32,000 nt of DNA from Adineta steineri (lineage: Eukaryota): NCBI GenBank assembly GCA_905250115.1, contig CAJNOI010000100.1, positions 285,568 to 317,567 on the forward strand. Direction: 5' to 3'. Below the pieces are notes generated by a model, which searched no databases, was not told the origin of the DNA, and saw nothing but the letters and a program-made list of their open reading frames with translations. The position numbers and the translations under genes are program-made. This document shows, one piece after another, positions 21,969-32,000 of the stretch (its first letter is position 1; each line of letters begins with the position of its first letter).

Positions 21969-22953
21969 ATGGATATGTCATTAATTTACCTTGGTCAACA
22001 GTTTACAATTTATGGTAGTTTAGTTTTCTTGTTAATGGGTGTATTTGGAAATAGTATGAATATTTTGGTATTTTCAAGTGTTCGAACCTATCGAACAAAT
22101 CCTTGTTCATTCTATTTTCTTATTGGATCAATCTTCGACAATCTTTACTTACTAATCAATCTTACTACTCGTCTTGTAAGTACAATGTCTGGCGTTGATT
22201 CAACTAGTACTTCACTCATTTGGTGTAAAATCCGACAATTCTGTATCGTCACTCCTAGTGTGATTACTCTTAGTTGCTCATCTTTGGCTACAATTGATCA
22301 ATTTCTAGTCACATCAAAACACGCTCGTCTTCGTCGATGTAGTAGTATAAAATCAGCACATTGGATTGTATTTATTGTCATCATTTTTTGGTGTCTTCAT
22401 GGAATTCCTTGTCTCGTAACGTCTAATATTGTAGGCGACGAGTCCAATAAAGATTGTACCATCACTAATGCGACGTATAGCATCTATATACCAATATTTG
22501 TATTTCTCTTTCTCTGCACTATCCCGATTTTTATAATGATTTTATTTGGATGTCTTGCTTATCGTAATATCCAACAAACAACACATCTTGCTGAACAACA
22601 TGTTGATCGTCAACTGATGAGAATGGTATTGACTCAAGTAGTGCTTGTTGTTGTGAGTAACACTCCATTTGGCGCTGTCACTGCTTACGGTTTAATCACA
22701 GCTGGAATTAATAAAGATCTTAATCGACAGCTGAAAGAATATTTCGCCATATGCATTCTCATTCTTATCAGCTATTCTTACTATATCGTATGTATTCTTC
22801 TTGTCACAGTATTAAACATAATTTTATTGAATTTAATTTTAGGGTAATTTTTACATTTTTTTCATTTCATCAAGTCGATTTCGTCAAACATTGAGAGATC
22901 GAATATTCTGGTGGAGAAGACCAATTCAAATCAATCCATCTCGCACGTTATAG
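21969..22953 (+). CDS. Rhodopsin-like GPCR, two exons: join(21969..22787,22843..22953), 309 aa
   Basis: TM1 FLLMGVFGNSMNILVF through TM7 CILILISYSYYI. A 55-bp intron (GTATGT...TTTAATTTTAG) precedes an in-phase exon 2, GNFYIFFISSSRFRQTLRDRIFWWRRPIQINPSRTL*. The ORF-track end at 22847 is intron read-through. Confidence 0.88.
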
Positions 22954-24150
22954 TCTGAAAACAAAACATTCGTTCAAAAAAAAACTCATTAGTTTTATTA
23001 TGTATTCATTTAAATCTAGTCTTTAAATAAAAAGAGATTTTGTACGATGGACATATAATTTTTTAGGGGAGTACGCACGACACAGCTATTGTTTTTTTTG
23101 TTTTTACAATGATTCTCAACAATTGAAAAAAGCTCATTAAATTTCATCTATATACACTAAAATTTATAGTTATAACACCGAAGTTTTCTTCTTTTTGTCG
23201 TTCTCTGTAATGTATCATTAATATACGTTGCATATATTGATGTAGAGAGGAAGAAACAAGTGTAGAAAAAACACGTTTCTTTTTTTTTTGAGTATGTTAA
23301 ACATAGTCAAGAATGCTGAATTATTTTATTTTGAGTGATCTTATGTATTTCGACATTAAACGTATGAAAAAAGCTCTCGAAATGTCTTCCTGCATGACTG
23401 TCATGTTAATAGACTCTCCTTTTCCGTAAATTGAAATGCATGCAATAAAGAATTTCAAAATCAATACACTTCCATTTATTCATTATTCTATGATAAAATA
23501 TCTTCGAGTCATGTTTTATATTGCTCACGCACATGTAACACATTTCTTTCTCTTGTCTCTATTCTGTAGTTTGCGTTGTTCAAGTGTTTTTCTCAACGAT
23601 ACTGCATACAAACAAGAATACTTGAACGTGTTCTCTCTGTTGATGATAGTCACGACAACGGTTATTCCAATTTAAATCAAAGCAATATTTCAATGTTCTC
23701 TTTCTTTGCCTTCATTTCCTATGAATGCGTGCTATTTATGATTTTAATAATTAGGTAAGACACTTTTATTTCGCCATTTTACTCAGACATATAGGTGCGT
23801 TTTTGATGCATTTCTATTCCATTGGCATCCGTTAGATTTTTGTCATCCTGGTAGAAGTAATCTAGCAGAATTCTAGTGGAGATTAAAGAGGGTTCGTTCG
23901 TTTTCGCCTTTTTCCATTTTGAGAAGACAAATGTATTGGGTGAATACATATAAAATATAGACAACTTCATAACTTTATTTTCTTAAGAAGAAAGAAAAGA
24001 AATAGAAAACTTTATTCTTGCTTTTCTTTCCTTAAGGAAACAAAGTGAATGCGTCATCTCTAAAGAAAATATATGTATTCTATTGTCTCCTTGTATGTCA
24101 GTAGGTTGATATTTTTTTTTTGATGAGTATACTTTATTTTATCAGATAAA

Positions 24151-25086
24151 ATGGGTTCTAGTCCTTCACGAATACGACGATCATCTCATCCGATCTCTAT
24201 TTCTCGATTTAATCATTCTCCAGGCAATTCATCGAATCAATGCCGTTATAATACAGTTTGTCCTTATTGCTATCGACTCACGAGAGGAAACGAAAACGTC
24301 GATGATGCTTTTCGAATTACTTTACAAAAATTATTTCCTGGAGCTTATGGACTCGAAGAATTTGTTTTTCAAACAAAACAAAGGTTGGTTCCAAAAGGTT
24401 TCTATCCTCATGTGAACACTTTGGTATGTGTTGGTTTGTGTCGTGATGAAATCACAAGTCCTTTCGAAGAAAAAATTGAAGCTATGTGGGGTCGAGCATT
24501 TATTTGTGGTTCTCTTGGTGGTATATTGTTTTGCGGTAATACCGGTTTTGCTGCTGCACATCATCATGCTCCAGAGACTAGTCGTTTTATTTATTATTGT
24601 TTTACACATATTGCTATTGATCATAAAGGATTAGTTGGTTCCGTTTACAGAACACGTAGTGGCATGAACGAAAAATCAACAGCATGTGGAGCACTCGCTG
24701 TATTTGCTACTGAAATAGCTTCGAATATATTGAATCTTGATTTTGATGAGAACGATATTGAAATGAGTATGTTAAAGAGGCATATCATCCAACAAACTGA
24801 TCTTTCAACCGATGCTAACAATGCTCCAGATTTACTTAAAGTAACAATGACTGCTTATGATACAATTACAATCGATTTAGAAAGACATGTTCAGTACGAT
24901 GCAGAACATTTTGAAGATCGACAATATGCTTTATTTACTGGTGTTCAAATACATGGACCTAATGGAATGGATTATTGTTGGGTAGGAAAAGCTAGTTTAT
25001 TAAACAAAGGAATATTATCACCATTGGTTCTTCCAGCTACCAATAATCCAATGTCAACGATTGGAATCCTCAACGAACAACACTAA
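24151..25086 (+). CDS. Limiting-CO2-inducible protein B/C-like (LCIB/LCIC family, theta-carbonic-anhydrase-like), 311 aa, single exon
   Basis: The ORF has LCIB-family motif order: FPGAYGLEEFVFQTKQRL...GFYPHVNTLVCVGLCRDEITSPFEEKIEAMWGRAFICGSLGGILFCGNTGFAAAHHHAP...YYCFTHIAIDHKGLVGSVYR.G...STACGALAVF...LDFDENDIEMSMLKRHI. Recognised from memory of the family, not by a search. Confidence 0.75.
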   Translation: MGSSPSRIRRSSHPISISRFNHSPGNSSNQCRYNTVCPYCYRLTRGNENVDDAFRITLQKLFPGAYGLEEFVFQTKQRLVPKGFYPHVNTLVCVGLCRDEITSPFEEKIEAMWGRAFICGSLGGILFCGNTGFAAAHHHAPETSRFIYYCFTHIAIDHKGLVGSVYRTRSGMNEKSTACGALAVFATEIASNILNLDFDENDIEMSMLKRHIIQQTDLSTDANNAPDLLKVTMTAYDTITIDLERHVQYDAEHFEDRQYALFTGVQIHGPNGMDYCWVGKASLLNKGILSPLVLPATNNPMSTIGILNEQH

Positions 25087-25250
25087 CGTCATAGAAGTCG
25101 TCTAAATTAAATTATATTTCTCATTACTTAACTATAAGCTTAAATAAGATCTTCTTTTAACCAGTACTCATTCGATAATGTTTGTAATATTTTTTAAGTC
25201 TTGTTTCAGGTTATGAATAATATTGTATATTTTACTAAAATAAATAAGCT

Positions 25251-25314
25251 GGCGTGGGTATGTGTGAATGTTGGTATAACATAATCAATATTCATACTCC
25301 ACCCACACCCTCAA
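25251..25314. repeat. Telomere-like G-arm/C-arm element
   Basis: GGCGTGGGTATGTGTGAATG..., spacer, CATACTCCACCCACACCCTCA. Confidence 0.65.
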
Positions 25315-25358
25315 AGTAATTATTTCTTATTTTTATGCGAATAGACGGACATAACAAA

Positions 25359-25434
25359 TGTGGGTATGAATGTGGGCGGGTGTGATTGTAGATATTATAT
25401 TTTTTTGTAATTAACACATACATCCACACCCTCC
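25359..25434. repeat. Telomere-like G-arm/C-arm element
   Basis: TGTGGGTATGAATGTGGGCGGGTGTG, AT-rich spacer, ACACATACATCCACACCCTCC. Confidence 0.65.
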
Positions 25435-25617
25435 TGTGCGTATTGTATTTTAATCTTCACATTTCATCAAATCATCCCATAAGTGGTAGATTTCTCAGAT
25501 CTTAGTACGATCTTGTGAATGTATAAAATTGATTTATTTTTTATTTGCTAGAAAATTAAAAGAAGATTTTCACGTGAACTAATACTACACATACATCTAC
25601 AAATAGTTTTTATTCAC

Positions 25618-27748
25618 TTAACAAGAAACAGATGGAACAGCTGAGTTTTTGATACGTGATATTTTGGTAACAGTTATACTATTCATTTGTTGTTTAATAA
25701 AAGGTTTAGATCGATCGTTTTGTTGTTGATAAGGAAAAACGTTGATATTATCGTTATCATCATTTTCTTCGGATTCAGTTGGTGAATCAGTATAATTGGC
25801 ATTACAATCACGAGTAAGGCTAGCTTTTTCTTTATGATTACTATCAATTTGTTGAGTATTGTTCTTGGTTGATTTTAAGCGATGAACAATTACAACACTG
25901 TTAGAACTGTTTGATGGCACATCTTGTTTTGTTGTTGTTTTTTTGACTGACTGTTGAATCATCTGGCGTGTATTCTTTATGAGTTCAACACTATTTCGAA
26001 TATTTGCGAAGGATTGTTTCAGATTTGTTAAAGATTCATCAGCATAACGAAGTCCTAATTCAACTAATTCATTTGAGAGACGAGCTGCTTTTGAAACACT
26101 TATGTCACCATTGTGTTTATAAGGATTACAACTAACAGGAATCTCGAATGATGATTTGTATCTTTTTTGACAAATAGAGCGACAGCAAGCGCTAAATAAG
26201 TAGAAAGAAAACTTTTGTTTATTCTACGATTTCAAACTCTCATCTTACCATCTGAAAGCCGAACATAGCCATTCAAGACATGGCCAACAACAATAGAGAC
26301 AGCAACTACAAATAGCACAGCATACCAAGAGACTGAGAATTGCCATACCAACAATAAGACCAATGTTTAGTCCTTTCGATTGTGCTATTAAAATAAATAT
26401 TCGATCGGTTTATCTCAACAACATACGAATCGATAGTTGTGCTTTACGATAGAGAAAACTTACCGGTTGTTATCGCTGTAGTATTTGAAGTTATCATTGT
26501 AGTATTTAGAGAATCTATGACCACAAATGTTACACCTATGAAGAGAATAAATAATATATGAATGATAATTATCATCTATTAATACCATGGTTATTACTTA
26601 CAATACATATCTGATTGTCCTAGAGTGTTATCAATAGCTGCGCAACAGAACACTTGTGATCCTAGTGTTGTGGGAATCCAATTCAACTGGATTGAATAGA
26701 GACTTGAATTTGTTGGATTTTGGACAATGGCTGATGTAGTCATGCCTGTTGGACTTATTTTGAGAAAATCAACAACTGACGTATTGATACAACCAATTTC
26801 TGCAATTATGGTCACAGGTGACATACTCGTATTTCGTGCAACGTTAATCTCGGCACCGTTGGGCTGTGCACCAATAATGCTTGGCTGACAGCTACCACTG
26901 TAAACACTAATCAGGAACTGTACTGGTACTGAACTTAATGGTGCAGTGATATTCTCATCGATATAGAAGTCTTCGATTTGCAAGGCAACGGCATAGAAAC
27001 CGACTGTTCCGCCAGTAAAAACCAGTTTGCATGATGTCCCATTATTATCGCCATAGAGTATAGCGTTTGGTACAGCATGACACACATCTCCACACTCGTC
27101 TACTTTAACGTAATTCTGGAGAGCATTAAAAGTGTGATTCTTCTCAGCCCAACGGCACCTCAAATAGTCATTATCATCATCAGCCATAGGTATTACTATA
27201 GTACTTTGAATATTGATCGGAACTCTGATTACAGGTAGAACATTTGAGACAGGAGGTGTGTTAAGACGACCGTTATCAATACGTGCTTGTAAATTAATCA
27301 TAGTTGTGATACTCCAAGTCGATGCAAAAGTCAGTAGTGGTAGCCATGCACCTCCGGTAAACGTTAGAGTAAGCTGTGAATTGCTGTTCAAAGTCAATAC
27401 ACTTGATTTTTTACCACTAGATATACTAGCACTGACACTATAATCTGTGCACGGAACAGTAGTTGAGAGATTATTAGTATATCCACTACAAGAATATGTT
27501 GAACACCGCAAGTAGCTAAAATCGCCGATGGTACCTTGAGTAAGAATTGTTGTATCATTACACGAGTAAGTTGAACGTTTCCATGAATAACTCTGCTCAA
27601 CAATAATATCAACTGTGCTGTTGGTAACTGAATTTACATTGACAGGTTTCCATGTAATACTACCACCACGAAAATGACTTGAGCCAGCATAACCAAACAG
27701 AAGAGCCAGTACAATAACAAAAAAACTGAATTGCATTTTGATTAACAA
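25618..27748 (-). CDS. Secreted/type-I single-pass membrane protein with Ser/Thr-rich ectodomain, four exons: complement(join(25618..26191,26249..26384,26464..26535,26602..27748)), 642 aa
   Basis: Signal peptide MLIKMQFSFFVIVLALLFGYAG; ectodomain SSHFRGGSITWKPV...; exon 1 donor T|GTAAGT; exon 2 CVTFVVIDSLNTTMITSNTTAITT; exon 3 encodes TM GLNIGLIVGMAILSLLVCCAICSCCLYCC; exon 4 is the cytoplasmic tail to TAA at 25618. All junctions are GT-AG, introns are 66, 79 and 57 bp, and the summed CDS (1929 nt) is a multiple of 3. Confidence 0.85.
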
Positions 27749-28143
27749 TCAAGAAAAGAATTGTGTTTTGCAAGCACAATGAATTGTTCGTTTTATATAT
27801 ATAAGCATAAGAGAACGAGAAATTAATGTTTGACATCAACAATCAAAAACTTATATGGTATCAAAATAAAAAATGAATATTGCGCAGACATTGAAATCAA
27901 GGAATAATCAATAGACAGAAAAAGCCTTATATATTTAATTAAAATGAAATATGAAGACAATCGTTTTCTTTTATTGTAGTAAAGAAATAAATCTCCGCGA
28001 AATTCATTGTAATAATACTGCAACCAATACTATTGTTACAATCTTATTGTTTTTCATTACGCAGATTATTGAAATAAATAAAAGAAAAAGTACATGGAAA
28101 GGTGAGCTCTACCGCACATCAAAAATAAAAGTACAAGTAGACG

Positions 28144-28252
28144 AAGGTGAGTGGATATGGGTGTCATGTGAGCGTGGGAGTATGTAGGTAAAGAAAAGAT
28201 TAATCTACACCGGCAACCATCATCTACCCACACATACACATCCTGAAGATGG
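28144..28252. repeat. Telomere-like G-arm/C-arm element, degenerate
   Basis: AAGGTGAGTGGATATGGGTGTCATGTGAGCGTGGGAGTATG, spacer, CATCATCTACCCACACATACACATCCT. Confidence 0.5.
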
Positions 28253-28816
28253 TATACTTATTTATGTGATATAGAAGAAGTGTATTTCTTGAAAATCAAC
28301 TGTTCTTCGATAATACATGTATGGTCTGTTTTTGAATTTGTTGTGGAATAATTTGATTCAGTCGACTGTTTTCTATATTCTATTGCATTGTCGATTAACA
28401 TGAGTTACTATTCCAAAGTAGATTTGATCCATCATTTGACTTTTGAAAGTGTATTGAGTAAAAAATTATTCATAAAAAAGAAAAGAAATATCCTTAGTTT
28501 CTCTGATAAAAATATGACGAGTCAAGAAAAGGAAATCAACTTTTTATATACTGTTATTCTTTCTGATAAAGAAATATGTAAAGAATGATGGAAGAGAGAA
28601 AAGACAAAAAAAAGAAATGAAAGCAAATATACTTTACTGCTGTTTATACTGACAATGTGAATATTAGTCTTGTCAATATAAGATGAGACATAAAAGAGAA
28701 CAAGAAAAAATCATAAGTTAGTATTGAGAGAGCACGTTTTATTCTTAGTAACAGCTTGTAAAAGTCTAATTAAAAAAATGTAAGTTTCAAATAGAGTTTT
28801 TTTTGGAGTATTAATG

Positions 28817-29559
28817 TTAAAACGGTAACTTCGGTCGATCTTTAAGATAAGCAGCCACTTTTGTATCATTTTCGACTGATTGTCGAACTTTCTTTAAATT
28901 GGGATATTTGTCCAATATTGTCGAATCTACACCCAAGACTGTTTCAGTAATATCATAAAACCATAGATCAGCATATGTCAAATGATTTCCCACAAGAAAA
29001 TCATTGCCTTGATAAAATTCTTGTAATGTTTGTAAATTTTTGAAAAGTTTAAGACTTTGTTCATTAAGTGCTTCTTTCTTCGTGGCTTCATCTGCCTTCA
29101 TATGAATCGGGAAATAGCTAACAACAAAATCCGTAACTGTATCAACTACTGCATCGACTTTTGCTTGTTCAAGATTATCTTTACCAGCAAGTTGAAATTC
29201 TTTAGCTAAGTAACGAGCAATTGAAATCGATTGAGGCAATTTCACTCCATCAACTTCGAGCACTGGTATTTGACCGAGTGGCATCTCAGATTTATGTTGA
29301 GGAAATTCTTCTCGTTTATAACGAATATCTTCATATTTTTCACCTGTAAGAAAAACAAATTCTGTAGATGTTTAGAGATTCTTAAATAATCTGGCTTGAG
29401 TTTATAATTAAATAGAATAGAAGTATTCTTCTGACAAAAATCGCTATGAAAATTAAGTTAGCTTGATGATTACATATACATACCAGCAGCGGCAAAAATA
29501 AGTCTGGTAATTTCTGCTTGACCACGTAGATCAAAATAGTGTAATTTGTAGGTAGGCAT
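28817..29559 (-). CDS. Glutathione S-transferase, sigma-like, two exons: complement(join(28817..29343,29484..29559)), 200 aa
   Basis: Exon 1 MPTYKLHYFDLRGQAEITRLIFAAAG, 140-bp intron (GTATGT...TTCTTACAG), exon 2 GEKYEDIRYKREEFPQHKSEMPLGQIPVLEVDGVKLPQSISIARYLAKEF...NDFLVGNHLTYADLWFYD. The catalytic-type Tyr near the N-terminus and the QIPVLE/SxxIARYLA motifs fit sigma-class GSTs. The ORF-track start at 29284 misses 47 N-terminal residues. Confidence 0.93.
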
Positions 29560-30005
29560 GTCTGTCTTATGGGTGTTGTTTATATCACGAAGGATGAATG
29601 AAATAGGACTATATAGAAATGAATGAAACTGAACATCGATTGTTGCTCTTTGTATTTATAATACAAGGCTTTCTTATCGACATGCAGCGAGAGAACAAGA
29701 AAAATAAAGAGAATAGAAAGAATAATAAGCAAGAAGAATGCATGTTTTTTTTCTCTCCTTGCGTCGAAACGTAATGGGTATATTTATAACGTAACAAGAC
29801 TTACCATACGTGGCGGATTCCATCCCTTACCCACACCCTAGTTTAGTAAAAAACATCATTTTGTTGTAGACAACAGAATATTCAACATAATTTCAAATGT
29901 GGAAATTTACAAGGCAGTAATGATTTTTATGACTCTATTGGCGGTGGATGTTCAACTATATACTTTATACATTTAAAAGAATGATTGATCCTAGAACGAT
30001 TTAAA

Positions 30006-30422
30006 CCATATGAACACGAGGATCTTGGATCGAGTGAAATCGAAGCTGAAGAAGGCCGATTTCTAGGCGATGGATTACGAAATAATAAGGTCACTCTCTT
30101 TTTCTGCTCATCTCTCTCATATTCATATTAAACTTGTTGTATAGTCACTCACCAGTCGAAAGCTTTCCGGAAATATCATCAAACACGAAGGGATTCAACA
30201 TTTACTTAATACTTTAGAAAATAACATTGTAAATCTTTTTCTTTATTTATTTTCTCACGTAGTTTCATACTAAATCTTTTTGTTATTCAGATACGCAACT
30301 AACTTGATCTTGCATGGACTGAATTTGAGCAAGATGAAAAAAAAGCGATTGAAGATTATATGGAAAAGACAGGATGTTCTGTCTTTAAAGGATTCGATTT
30401 TTGGATCAACATTACACAATAA
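30006..30422 (+). pseudogene. Decayed LRR gene fragment (NLRC3-like repeat exons: about 30006..30089, 30145..30228, 30291..30422)
   Basis: PYEHEDLGSSEIEAEEGRFLGDGLRNNK, then a 55-bp intron (GTCACT...TGTATAG), then SLTSRKLSGNIIKHEGIQHLLNTLENNI (exactly 84 bp), then a 62-bp intron (GTAAAT...ATTCAG), then IRN*LDLAWTEFEQDEKKAIEDYMEKTGCSVFKGFDFWINITQ*. In-frame TAA at 30300-30302. Confidence 0.65.
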
Positions 30423-30720
30423 CGAACAAAACTTTTAGAAATTCTATTTTTTCTAATCATTATTAGATTATAGTTAATAATTATCATAAACTAACATATT
30501 TTATCTAAATAAATTATATAAGGAGCAAGTTTAACATTGATCAAAATTATTTTTGCTTTAAAAAATATTAGAAGTAAACAATTCTACTAAATTCCATTGA
30601 ATAAAAAGTTTTGATAGAGGAATAAAAATTGGTGATCCTGTTGATGATACTTTTAGAATAGAATATAATAAATAATGTATGACATACTGAAATGCAGATT
30701 CAAAATAATACTATTCAACT

Positions 30721-30795
30721 TGAGGGTGTGGGTAAGAGTGTGGGTATTCTTTTCATTCCACACCCGCACTCACACTCTCACCCACCCTCACCCTC
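30721..30795. repeat. Telomere-like G-arm/C-arm element
   Basis: TTGAGGGTGTGGGTAAGAGTGTGGGTATTC, spacer, CCACACCCGCACTCACACTCTCACCCACCCTCACCCTC. Confidence 0.85.
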
Positions 30796-31146
30796 GTGTC
30801 AAAGTGGTTAGAATTTTTCGTTTTTGGTGTTGCTGCTGATCAAGATTTCTCTGTCTAGAATTCACTTGTTTAGATGCTTCTTTCGATATATTGATGTATT
30901 TAAGCTTGTAGTCTTTACAATATATACTTTTGAAGGATGTTATATTTGAAAAATTAATGAAAGAAAGAAATGAAAAGTAACAAACGACTATTTGGGCAGC
31001 CTGTCTCTATCAAATCAAATGCTAGTTCATTTCGGTAAACTGATTTATCTGAACAAATTGATCGTCGGAATTTCCAAGTACCATCAACAATTAAATATCT
31101 TGTATCATACACAACTATGTTAGACCAAAATCTGGTGAACTCACTT

Positions 31147-31223
31147 GATGGGTGTGGGGTGGGTGAGTGTTGGTATGAGTGTATATATTCTCTTTCTCCA
31201 CATACACACCCACATCCACATCT
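31147..31223. repeat. Telomere-like G-arm/C-arm element
   Basis: TGATGGGTGTGGGGTGGGTGAGTGTTGG, spacer, CCACATACACACCCACATCCACATC. Confidence 0.75.
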
Positions 31224-32000
31224 ACCAGCTGAATTTACACAACTACTTCTTATTGGCATTGATGATGATCTACTTTGGTTCTCACTAATAATGTTATAAT
31301 TATCATAATCGCCATTTGATATGCAACTGTAATCAAATTTTTTTAATTATTTCTTGTTGTACTTTTGCTAGTAGTTCATTTTTTTTCCTTTGCTATACTA
31401 AGAAGAAGACCATTAATGAGTGATAAATATTTCTCAACGAAAAAATCAGGAAGTATTTGGACCTGCTCTATACTTTCTTCTTTTTCAATCCTGGTCGAAT
31501 GATCCAGGACGGAAACTGTCAGTTTCCTCACGGTTTTCTATAAAAATTTGCGGAATACTGCGTCAGGAATCATCGTCGTGGAAAATTCAATCGGTATTAA
31601 CACCAAGTACGAATTTTCAATATGTTCTGAAGGATTTTGTATTGTTGTTCTTGCTGTAATTGTCCTTTTACTATTAAATTCTTTTTTATTGAACTAATTC
31701 GTTCAAGCTGTTTATAAACATAGTATTCGGTTTGGATGTATACCCTTTCTATTCACTTTCACCCTCACACTCTAGGTTGATTCATATTTATGAGTATGAC
31801 ATTTTGAAACTGACCATTTTTCACAACAATTATTTTCCATTATATGTTGTTTTTGGTTTTTTTCTCACTGTTTGATTGTAAAAAAAGTGGTACTATTAAT
31901 GCGTTTAAACAAGTAGATATAAACTTATTCAAATAGTACGTAGTTTCATTGAAACTTTTGTTTTTACAAAGCGAACGAATATAACAAGCTTTTTTTTGTA

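Noticed and set aside
24331-24634. ORFs overlapping the LCIB-like gene in other frames (24331..24624 - and 24428..24634 +)
   Set aside because: They are shadow ORFs in a genuine coding region. The 311-aa frame has family-like motifs and these do not.
27213-27612. Small ORFs opposite to or overlapping exon 1 of the membrane protein gene
   Set aside because: Shadow ORFs of the 25618-27748 coding region.
2725-31223. CRISPR-array interpretation of the regularly recurring GTGGG-type repeats
   Set aside because: Spacing is irregular at kilobase scale, copies are degenerate paired arms rather than identical direct repeats, and the host DNA is clearly eukaryotic with spliceosomal introns.
31420-31659. 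Possible CCCH zinc-finger-like string (FFFFNPGRMIQDGNCQFPHGFL*)
   Set aside because: Stop codons interrupt it, the cysteine/histidine spacing is incomplete, and no flanking coding support was found.

Overview
This is an AT-rich, intron-containing eukaryotic window. Short canonical introns, a TGTGGG-type G-rich repeat, one-LRR-per-exon genes and rhodopsin-like GPCRs point to a bdelloid-rotifer-like genome; that assignment is an inference. Supported gene content: a partial PIF1-like helicase at the left edge (1-611) and a decayed second PIF1 C-terminus (1599-1973); an insulin/relaxin-like precursor on the minus strand (10610-10993); three 7TM receptors (12606-13538 minus; 15021-16016 plus, two exons; 21969-22953 plus, two exons); an array of 84-bp single-LRR exons on the minus strand (16327-17248) with a decayed 5' end; an F-box/LRR-like ORF (18371-19429 minus); an LCIB/LCIC-like (theta-carbonic-anhydrase-like) protein (24151-25086 plus); a four-exon secreted type-I membrane protein of 642 aa (25618-27748 minus); a two-exon sigma-like glutathione S-transferase of 200 aa (28817-29559 minus); and a decayed LRR gene (about 30006-30422 plus). 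The most striking unexplained signal is a family of at least 12 short (about 65-125 bp) loci. Each has a G-rich telomere-like arm (GGGTGTGGGTGTGG) on the left, a C-rich arm (CCACACCCACACCC) on the right, and an unrelated spacer. All share the G-left/C-right polarity expected of head-to-head telomere-repeat junctions or hairpin elements. A roughly 520-bp tandem duplication carrying the same G-rich core lies at about 2.9-4.4 kb.
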